DNA of 20,491 nucleotides, taken from positions 250,306,020 through 250,326,510 of the forward strand of contig JANKJI020000002.1 of the NCBI GenBank assembly GCA_024626585.2. Reading direction: 5' to 3'. The notes under the pieces are model-generated. The model saw only the letters and a program-made list of their open reading frames with translations, did not search any database and was not told the origin of the DNA. Source of the DNA: Ginkgo biloba (taxonomy: Eukaryota > Plantae > Ginkgophyta). Position numbers and translations under genes: made by a program. This document shows, piece by piece, positions 11,378 to 20,491 of the stretch (position 1 is its first letter; every line of letters starts with the position of its first letter).

Positions 11378-12199
11378 TGTATAAAAAACTTACATTATAA
11401 ATGTAAATTATCTTCCTTATAGATAAAGGTGGGTAATTATCTACATTCATTATCAGAAAAGGTAAGTAATTATATACAAAAAGTTTACCTTCATATCTTT
11501 TTAAGGTAGGTTTATAACATTATGAAACCTATTTTATGAAATATATCCTAAGAATATAGATTATATCATTACCATAAAAAACCTCCCAATTAATTATATT
11601 AATGTTACATAAATGATTTTTACCTAAGATTTAGATCAAAATACATGAAAGGTAGGGTAAATGATGAGATAAGAAACATCTTATAATTTAGATAAGAAAT
11701 GTCTTATCATTTTCCCTAGTAAGTTTAATAGGCCTTCCTATGAATCATACTACTCAGTGGCTTCTAATGGGTGGGATACTCTTAGAGTATCACCAAATAT
11801 TTCTCCTCTTATTCATGTTAGTGATTCTAGATTGTTGGGTAATATAATTATCCCCATGATATTTTATGCTCTACCTCTTTTTTCACTTTGGCATCTTTAA
11901 AAATATCCTTGTGATTTNNNNNNNNNNNNNNNNNNNNNNNNNNNNNNNNNNNNNNNNNNNNNNNNNNNNNNNNNNNNNNNNNNNNNNNNNNNNNNNNNNN
12001 NNNNNNNNNNNNNNNNNTATTTACAACATACACAAGGATTTTAACATTTCTTTTTTTTCGTATAAATTGAAGAGTGGGATGATATTGAGGTGGGAACAAA
12101 GAGATATTAAATATGAAAAATATTATATTAGGATCTAAGGGGATAAATTGTCAAGGTTTGAATACCAATAATAAATTTAAATGGGAATTGAGAAGAGGA

Positions 12200-13760
12200 T
12201 ACACTTGACAAACACTAAGAATTATTTTATTTTGAACACCTCTCTTTCTTAGAGCATCTCTTTGTGTGCTCATGTATCCTCCCATTTAATGTTAGCATAT
12301 TTGCCTTTAGTTGTGGTGCACAATTCATACTTGGTCCTTTTTCTAATTAATGACATGAATCCTATAGTTGCATAGTAGTCTCACACTACTCACCAGAGGG
12401 AATAAACTTCATATATTTATGGTTTAAATAATTCCCATATAGGCCTTCTTTAAGAAAAATTCCCTTATATAGATCCATTCCATAAATGCCAGGGGGCATA
12501 TCTATGAGGTATTTCTTTTTGAACTGCCAATCATGAATGTTAAAATTATAAAGTTGGCATATCACTTTATCAAAAACATCATAGACATATATGTACTTTA
12601 AGAGTTTCTAGAATGGGCCTTTAAAACTAATGACCTTTACCATTATATACGCTTCTCATTGAAACATCTCTACAAAATTCTTAAGAGAATTATAAAAGGA
12701 TGGTAAAACTCTATCTTTGGCTATGCCTCACATATGGTAANNNNNNNNNNNNNNNNNNNNNNNNNNNNNNNNNNNNNNNNNTTGTATACATACTAACTAA
12801 AGAATTTAGCATAATTCCAAATACTAGTGTACCCATAGGTTTTTTGGCAAAATGTGGAGTCAGTAGATGGTGGTGATGAAGCATGAGAAAAATCATGGTA
12901 GAGGTATAATGGAATGAATATCCTATCTCTCTTATTTCTTTTATATATATAATAATTTTCTCACCATAGTATTGAACAAAGTTGAATTTCTTATCATTAT
13001 TGAGGTTATCACACTAGATTCAAACATATTTTATAAGTAAAAATTCTNNNNNNNNNNNNNNNNNNNNNNNNNNNNNNNNNNNNNNNNNNNNNNNNNNNNN
13101 NNNNNNNNNNNNNNNNNNNNNNNNNNNNNNNNNNNNNNNNNNNNNNNAGAAGAAAATTTTAGGAAGGGCCATGATCTCCATTCCAAATTGAGGCTTCCAT
13201 TTGTCTAAAGCCCAATTTCGAATGGCGTCCAGATCTGATCTAACCCCTAGAAACTTCCCCACCAAAGAAAGACTCCTCTGCTCAGTAACAAACTCCACTA
13301 GGGGGTCAGGCACCTTGAGCTCACTATTGCAAGGAGATAGATTAACATATCCCAAATCTAAATTTTATTTACTTAAGGGGTATTTCCCTAAAAATATGAC
13401 TCTTAATGGTTCTTCCTGACCCTTGAGAAAATGCTTGTAATCATCTTATCTTTTTAGAGGTGATACCATCATGCCTATGTGTCCAAGTCAATAATATGAC
13501 CATCATTGGGAGTGTTGAATACTTCCTTGATTAGATTTGGATTGATGTGAATTGTAGTTTCCATGAGATCAATCAACCCATATTTATTAGTGGATATTAT
13601 CTCCTTGATAATTGTGGGACAATTCACCAAGGTTGGTATCTCCATAATCCACCTTATTTCATTATTTTTTCTTTTTTTATTAGTGTCTTGAACAATTTGA
13701 TGTTGTCCTCCCTAAGTTTCTATTATTGGTAATCTACTGTAAATATATAATGGTAGGTAC
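12200..13760 (-). pseudogene. Decayed uncharacterised ORF (copy 2), homologous to 1676-3957 and interrupted by a LINE fragment and N-gaps
   Basis: 12649-12497 translates to YIMVKVISFKGPF*KLLKYIYVYDVFDKVICQLYNFNIHDWQFKKKYLIDM. Upstream segments ..FHYTSTMIF..PHFAKKPMG (12830-12920) and TTIHINPNLIKEVFNTP (~13510-13560) weakly parallel HFDQET/MG and LIFVNETMIAKV in copy 1. Ends are approximate. Confidence 0.55.
13148..13325 (-). mobile_element. L1-clade LINE ORF1 N-terminal fragment (DUF4283-like)
   Basis: LKVPDPLVEFVTEQRSLSLVGKFLGVRSDLDAIRNWALDKWKPQFGMEIMALPKIFF matches the plant LINE ORF1 pattern LVGKF.G.R......R.W...W.........LP..FF. The segment is locally GC-richer and stop-free, and it is truncated by the gap 13048-13147. 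Confidence 0.8.
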
Positions 13761-15549
13761 CCCACTTGTGGGATATAGAATTACTAATTACTAAGTTTAA
13801 TAATAGACCAGTCTACATAATTAGAGGTCAGAGTGCAAATACAGTTACTAAAGGAAATTAGAACTAGTTGTAGGGAAGGATTGTGTATAAGATCTAAATA
13901 AAATGTAGAGAACTATTAACAAGAATTAAACTAGGTATTAGGATGTGATATTTGTGATTAGTCAAGTTATTTTAGTCATCTAGACTTCAAAATTTCTAAA
14001 TCCCATTGAGACAAATGGTGAGTTTGGAGGATTTTTAAAGATAACAAGCATGCTTAGAATTAAAATTGAGTGAGATGTGATTTGTTGTATGTGGAGAGGT
14101 GTGGTCGATGGGGTTAATGCCCCATGCTTTATGTGTAATACACTTGATGTATCATTCCATCTTTAGATATATAGGTGGATTGGATATATAATTATAAAAT
14201 NNNNNNNNNNNNNNNNNNNNNNNNNNNNNNNNNNNNNNNNNNNNNNNNNNNNNNNNNNNNNNNNNNNNNNNNNNNNNNNNNNNNNNNNNNNNNNNNNNNN
14301 NNNNNNNNNNNNNNNNNNNNNNNNNNNNNNNNNNNNNNNNNNNNNNNNNNNNNNNNNNNNNNNNNNNNNNNNNNNNNNNNNNNNNNNNNNNNNNNNNNNN
14401 NNNNNNNNNNNNNNNNNNNNNNNNNNNNNNNNNNNNNNNNNTATTTTTTTTTCAAGTATAGATGATTGATTCCTAATGGAAGTGTGTTATTTGGTTTAAT
14501 TTTCCTTTTATGTTTGGTCTATATTAGGATACCCTTATCATGTGTTATATGTTATTGATAAAGGTGTGGGGTGTGGACATTATAAAACCTCTAAGATAGT
14601 GATATTGAAGTACAATAAACCTTTTTGTGTCTTACATTTTAAAGTGGAATCAACATAGAATATTCTCTTACTAGTTTTTTCTTGGTCCCAACACATCTCG
14701 TATGATCATTGAAATGTAGTGGTAATCATCCTTGTAATCATTAGCTTAAGGGTATCCTACAAATGGAATTCCTAGAATTTTGGTCGTATTATGCCATTCT
14801 CTTTGTGCTTAGAATGTATAGTAGCATCTTATCATGGTATGTTGTAAGATTTATTATATTTTGTAGTTTAACCATACCCCATAGTTTAATAATTATAGAT
14901 TCTTTCAAAAAATTAGGACTAAGTTGTAGTGTAATATGTGAACATATTTAGTACATAGATAAGAAAATATAGCTATATTTAGAAGGATAGGCATCCATAG
15001 AACATGGAATTCTCAAGATATTCTAAGTAGGATGATTTTTTTAGATGGATAATACTTGCAAAAGGGATACCTTATAGAGTTTATCTAATAATTTTCAATA
15101 GTTTGATAGCTTTGAATTTTTTATAAGGGTATCTAATATTTAATCATAGCATATGCATATCCCTAGTCCATGGTTGTAATGGTTAGTACCTATATAAGGT
15201 GAAAATTTTGATGCTTATCCTCTCTTCTTTGGTATATTTCTTCCCTTGAGATGTGTGGTGGTTGCAAGCAAGAATAAATTCACTTGGAGCTCTAACTTCT
15301 TGTAATTTTTTCTAGTATGGTTTTTATTTTTCAATCATATGTTAGAATGGCATTGAATTGTTCTTGATAATTGGTGTGGGAATTTATTCACAACTTGATT
15401 CCAAATGGCACACATGACATTTTTTTCACTCTATACTATTGCATCTACTTATTTAGTATAACTTAGTTGGACTATCACATTATTTCTATATTTTTATATT
15501 ATATTGATTTCATTTCTAAGTCCTAACCTATACATATACATATATACAT

Positions 15550-16799
15550 AGAATTATTGATCCTCCTAATGCACCCATCAATTAGTTCATTATTGAGTTT
15601 GGATAATGAGGCTAACCTATTTTCATACAATTCTTCCTAAATATAAGGTCCTTTCCATCTGGTTTAAAGATTTCCATTTATGTTCTTATACTTATTATCA
15701 TAAAAAACTATACTATTACATTGGCAAATCTGCATGCCTTTGATCTTTATNNNNNNNNNNNNNNNNNNNNNNNNNNNNNNNNNNNNNNNNNNNNNNNNNN
15801 NNNNNNNNNNNNNNNNNNNNNNNNNNNNNNNNNNNNNNNNNNNNNNNNNNNNNNNNNNNNNNNNNNNNNNNNNNNNNNNNNNNNNNNNNNNNNNNNNNNN
15901 NNNNNNNNNNNNNNNNNNNNNNNNNNNNNNNNNNNNNNNNNNNNNNNNNNNNNNNNNNNNNNNNNNNNNNNNNNNNNNNNNNNNNNNNNNNNNNNNNNNN
16001 NNNNNNNNNNNNNNNNNNNNNNNNNNNNNNNNNNNNNNNNNNNNNNNNNNNNNNNNNNNNNNNNNNNNNNNNNNNNNNNNNNNNNNNNNNNNNNNNNNNN
16101 NNNNNNNNNNNNNNNNNNNNNNNNNNNNNNNNNNNNNNNNNNNNNNNNNNNNNNNNNNNNNNNNNNNNNNNNNNNNNNNNNNNNNNNNNNNNNNNNNNNN
16201 NNNNNNNNNNNNNNNNNNNNNNNNNNNNNNNNNNNNNNNNNNNNNNNNNNNNNNNNNNNNNNNNNNNNNNNNNGGTTGAACTAGATTGTACCTACCTCAT
16301 GAGATAATCTATTATAATGATATTATAATGATCTTATATCCTTCTAGCCCATAACTTAATATGAAATGAAAAATTCACTTTGATTAGATAAAGAAGTATA
16401 AGTCCTTATCTATGGGTTGTCCAATCCTTTGACAAACATTGTATCTATTAGCCCAAACATGATCATAACAAAAGAGTATTAGTCATTATAGACCTATGAG
16501 TAATACCTTCCTTATTATCATATTGCTTGAACAATGTCCTCCCACTAACCCTTTGTGTGTCATAGAGGATGTCCTATAGTTCTCTTGGTATTATGTAACA
16601 CCCTAAGATTTTATTTTTACCCCACTTATGTAAGTATCCTCCAATTAATGTGTAATCGATGGCTTGTTATACTAAACCTTTATTTTATGATACTATGAGA
16701 TCTTGTGGTGCAGTACCTATGGATAAGAACTCAGTAATATGATGTTGATGATTCAACACTATGACAAGCTAGAATAAGTTGCCATCTAAAAAACCATCT
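15550..16799 (-). mobile_element. pol: Degenerate Ty3/gypsy integrase: zinc finger, core (mostly inside the N-gap 15751-16273) and C-terminal GPY/F motif
   Basis: 16799-16274 reads HITEFLSIGTAPQDL...QAIDYTLIGGYLHKWGKNKILGC...LVGGHC...NVCQRIGQP...IIIDYLMR*VQS. Beyond the gap it reads IVFYDNKYKNINGNL*TRWKGPYI*EELYEN, with WKGPY at 15643-15657. Confidence 0.88.
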
Positions 16800-16822
16800 N
16801 NNNNNNNNNNNNNNNNNNNNNN

Positions 16823-17605
16823 GGACCTAAGATATAAATGACTTGGATCCATATGGGATTAACCTAGTTTAATAAAAATTTGGAAATCATACTCTTAAAG
16901 AAGAATTATCCATTGACCCGAGTATCCTTATTGAATGGTTTTATTGACAATATACTTGAGGGCTTGATGAATCACATAGAATTCAAAACGTCTAACCTCC
17001 ATCTCTACCACCTCATCTACCATAGTGAATTTTCCCTCCAACCAACACCTTTATCACTCCCATTGATGAATCCCTTCATCGTTGCCACTAGAAAAACTCT
17101 CCAAGCTAGCCAAATAACCATGTACTATAACCTCACTTCAAACCTTCAACCCAACCTGATTAGACACCAACAAGCCAACCAGGGGCACCTCCACCTAAAG
17201 GAAAAACCCACTCTACCATAGTAGGCTCATCCCTTGATCATGGAACCCACTCTACCACCAATCTAGTCCACTCCTCTGAGTGTGGAACCCTTTCTCCTTC
17301 ATACTCTAGCCTTTTAACCTTAAAATTCAATGGCTAGGAGCAACATCTTCTTTTCCTTCCAATGGATCTGTTAGGTGGGTAATTACCACTACAATGGATA
17401 TGCCATTTAATTCTCTATAATGGCCATCTCTAATGGCTCCTATAATAGCTTTCCCATGTATACCACCAACTTTGAAAGATGTGCCAATCATTTTCCCATG
17501 TAATCCTCTATCGAGTCCATACTGTCAGACCATTTTTTTTGTTGGTTCTCTTCATTTTAAAATTTGATCTCCTAGTGGCCTAATAGCTTGATATGACTTG
17601 CATTT
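16823..17605. other. Unassigned, C-rich (+ strand) segment between two N-gaps, interrupting a Ty3 pol
   Basis: It lies between the RNase H (17706+) and integrase (<=16799) parts of one apparent element but shows no RH motifs in the frames I read. The + strand gives a Pro/Thr-rich stretch (KPSTQPD*TPTSQPGAPPPKGKTHST). Confidence 0.4.
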
Positions 17606-17705
17606 NNNNNNNNNNNNNNNNNNNNNNNNNNNNNNNNNNNNNNNNNNNNNNNNNNNNNNNNNNNNNNNNNNNNNNNNNNNNNNNNNNNNNNNNNNNNNNN
17701 NNNNN

Positions 17706-18990
17706 CACTTTGCTAAGTTTATGGCTAGAAAGTAGATGGGATGGTCAATGTTGCCTTCTCCTAAATGGGCTAGTATTGTGCCTATTTTAGTTATAAAGGC
17801 ATTGACATAGACATAAAAATTAAAATTCCAATTCAAGAATTAAAGTATGGGTGATTTTATAATTTTAGGCTTTTCAAAAGGTATTTGGCATTCAAGTGAT
17901 CAGTTGAATGGATCATCCTCTTGAAGTAGCTTCTTTAGAGAGGTAATAATCCTTATATAGTCTTTAGCAAATTTATGATATTAGATATCATAGCCAAGGA
18001 ATTGATTAACCTTAAATGGATTATGTTGTGGTTCTACATTGAAAATAAGTCTGACCTTTATTGCATAAACCATAAGGCCTTCTTTACAAATAATATGTCC
18101 TAGTAGTTGACCATATTATATCATCAAATCACATTTTATAGAATTTGAGGATATCCCTATCTACCTATAATATTATAGCATCTCCCTTGGGTTCATAATG
18201 TGTTCCTTGATGAACCTAAAGATGGACCAATCATCAAGATAAATCTCTAGAAAGTTATGAAGAAAATCTCTAAAATTAAAGTTGTTATTCTAGAAAATGT
18301 GGAAGGTGCATTAGTAAAGATGAATGGAATTATTATATAAGCATGGGATCATCTTTTAGCTATAAAGGAGGTCTTTGACTAGTCATTTGGATGAATTTGG
18401 ACTTAATTATAGCATGTGAATAAATATATTTCCCAACCTATAATACTTTTCAGAACCTCCATTATGAGGGTTTTGGAAAAGGGGTTCTTCTTAGTAATAC
18501 TATTAAGTTTTCTAAAATTAATGAAAATGTATAGTTTGCCATTTTTTTTATTCATAATGGCTAGTAGTGTAACCCATTCGCCATATTACATGAGATACAT
18601 ACAAGCTAGTTCTAATAATTTTCCAATCTCTTATTTTGTCACTTTCTTATATCAAGGGTTCATGTGATATGGGCATTTCCAAATAAACTTAACACCTTCC
18701 TCTAACTCAATGTGTAATTATCCAATCTCGAGTGGAATTCCCTTAAGATCCTTGTAAGTCCATGCAAAGATATCCATGAACTAACATAGTAAACCTTGTG
18801 TCTAGGTGACTATAGGCATATCTTGATAATCATCAATTTTAATAAGGCATTGATCACTTGGTGTGCCAATGTTGAGTATTTTAATCTTGTTTGGTTTCTA
18901 GTAAGGCCTATTCTATGGGGTGCTAACAACTTTAGCACCTGGAGGTTGACTATATTCTTCTTTGAGAAGTGTTCAACAATCACTTTGCCT
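17706..18990 (-). mobile_element. pol: Degenerate non-chromoviral Ty3/gypsy pol: RT plus start of RNase H (probably the same element as 15550-16799)
   Basis: RT reads FMDIFAWTYKDLKGIPLEIG*LHIELEEG...EWVT..IMNKKNGKLYIFINFRKLN...IPFIFTNAPSTF, with intact YLDD (LEIYLDDWSIF) at 18230-18241 and GQLLGHIICKEGL after it. RH reads NWNFNFYVYVNAFITKIGTILAHLGEGNIDHPIYF (ORF 17552-17836). Confidence 0.92.
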
Positions 18991-19310
18991 TATGCAACAT
19001 CTCATGCATGAATCATATAATATGCTCTTTCAATCCTTTTAGGGAAGTTGAAATTAAACATACACTAGAATGTATTTTACATGAATGGATTAGACTACAT
19101 TTGTATTTTAGTGCACACCTTAATTAGATCCATTTTAAGAAGTTGCCAACTAGAGATTTTCTATGTTATTTTTAAGGGAAAATACCCTCTATATGGTATA
19201 ACATACAAGGNNNNNNNNNNNNNNNNNNNNNNNNNNNNNNNNNNNNNNNNNNNNNNNNNNNNNNNNNNNNNNNNNNNNNNNNNNNNNNNNNNNNNNNNNN
19301 NNNNNNNNNN

Positions 19311-20491
19311 TTGAGAGTTGAAAGGTTGATCGATTGTAATTATTCGAATAAAAGAAACAATACCTCCTCTCCTTAGACCTTAATAAGTATGCTCCAATAT
19401 TAAGCCAAATATAGAAATATTGTCTCTTACAAGATTTGTTGTTTCCATTAGTATGGTTTTAAACAATCTCTCATCATCAATTTATATAATTTCTACTCAA
19501 TGTTTAAATCAATAATGTTTCTATCACTAAGTATGTTAGAAACATGATTGATAACCTATGGAGTTAACCTGTAACTATATGACCCATAAATTCAATTTGT
19601 ACTTTTGACTTTATCAGTATCATTCTCTTGACTAATGGTGAGTTTATGGCCATTGTGAGAAGTAATAATAAATATTGAACTCCAAAGATAATCAACCTCT
19701 TCTTTGATATCTTGGTCAATTCCTTCCCTTTCATATGATTCCTCATTTTATTGTAATCCATTAACTAATTATTTAATAAGTTATCCTAAATAACTACCTT
19801 GGATAGGATTTTAGTAGTGATTCCTACCATTTTATATCTCCTAAAATCCAATAATGATCATAGGTTGTCTTATAAAACCCTTTGATCTTAACTCTCAATT
19901 CTTAGAAAAATGTTCAAAATGCTCCTGAACCTTTAAACTCACAAATAACTATTATCTTTCTCTTTAGCTCAAGTCTTTTATTTTTTTATTAAATTTGAGA
20001 TTAGCTTTTAGGTTGCTTTGTTCAAATAAGTCCTCATTATCCAAGATTAAGTTTGATAATTGTCCTCCTATTTTGAGTTTTAACTAATTTATTGGTAATA
20101 TTATCATGATCTAATCTTTAGNNNNNNNNNNNNNNNNNNNCTTTGTGAGGGATTCTTACATTATTTTGGTGCTTTATGTCACTTCATGACTTAATGTCAT
20201 TTTAATTTGGCTTACAACTTTATAGGCTTCCATAACATCATGTTTTTCATTAAATATAAAATCTTTATTTCTTTATACACTTAGGATTATTTTTTTATTT
20301 ACTAAGCCAATCCTTCTTAATTCTATCATAACTAGTTGACTATTAATCTTTATAGTCATGATTATTTTCTTTATATTCTTAAGATGTTTTTCATGATTTT
20401 TATCCTCGTTTAAAGAACTTTTATTTTCTAGATTATTGTAAATTATTCAACTCTTTCTTATAATGTATTTAAATCCATTATATTTTGTTAT
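19311..20491 (-). pseudogene. Possible heavily decayed coding remnant of unknown identity
   Basis: The minus strand is purine-rich. One frame over ~19760-19340 has few stops (NEESYEREGIDQDIKEEVDYLWSSIFIITSHNGHKLTISQENDTDKVKSTN*...). No known motif was recognised. Confidence 0.25.

Larger units (their letters stand above)
1576..20140. other. Scaffold N-gaps (assembly feature, not biological)
   Basis: Gaps of about 100 N lie at 1576-1675, 3958-4057, ~5305-5404, 6818-6917, 11918-12017, 13048-13147, 17606-17705 and 19211-19310. Other-sized gaps lie at 3696-3705, ~6439-6456, 12741-12781, 14201-14441, 15751-16273, 16800-16822 and 20122-20140. Confidence 0.98.

Noticed and set aside
14175-16284. 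Long ORFs in the track (14175-14465, 14192-14455, 15721-16284, 15734-16279) and others containing X runs
   Set aside because: These are artefacts of translating through N-gaps.
18416-19011. Plus-strand ORFs 18416-18667 and 18796-19011 (also 9332-9610 and 13201-13419)
   Set aside because: They are antisense shadows of minus-strand retroelement coding sequence.
19311-20491. Endogenous caulimovirid (pararetrovirus) remnant
   Set aside because: No movement-protein, capsid zinc-knuckle or caulimovirid RT motifs were found. All RTs in the window are Ty3-type.

Overview
This is an AT-rich eukaryotic repeat region, most likely from a large plant genome. A gymnosperm origin is inferred from the retroelement lineages and is not proven. 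It is a draft scaffold with about 15 N-gaps, eight of them about 100 N, so contiguity across gaps is uncertain. No intact host gene, RNA gene or CRISPR array is supported. The window is a nest of decayed transposons. It holds three distinct Ty3/gypsy pol relics: a + strand chromovirus-type PR-RT at ~5950-6817, a - strand Tat-type RT-RH-INT at 6918-9758, and a - strand non-chromoviral RT-RH-INT split between 15550-16799 and 17706-18990. It also holds an L1-type LINE ORF1 (DUF4283-like) fragment at 13148-13325, a 425/426-bp tandem repeat at the left edge, and a 26-27-bp palindromic minisatellite at ~11119-11377. The most notable signal is not visible as such in the ORF track. Two decayed - strand reading frames (~1676-3957 and ~12200-13760) encode diverged homologues of the same protein, which I do not recognise (20/51 identities, ungapped). 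Each lies 3' of, and in the same sense as, a Ty3 integrase, which suggests a family of retrotransposon accessory ORFs in the env position.
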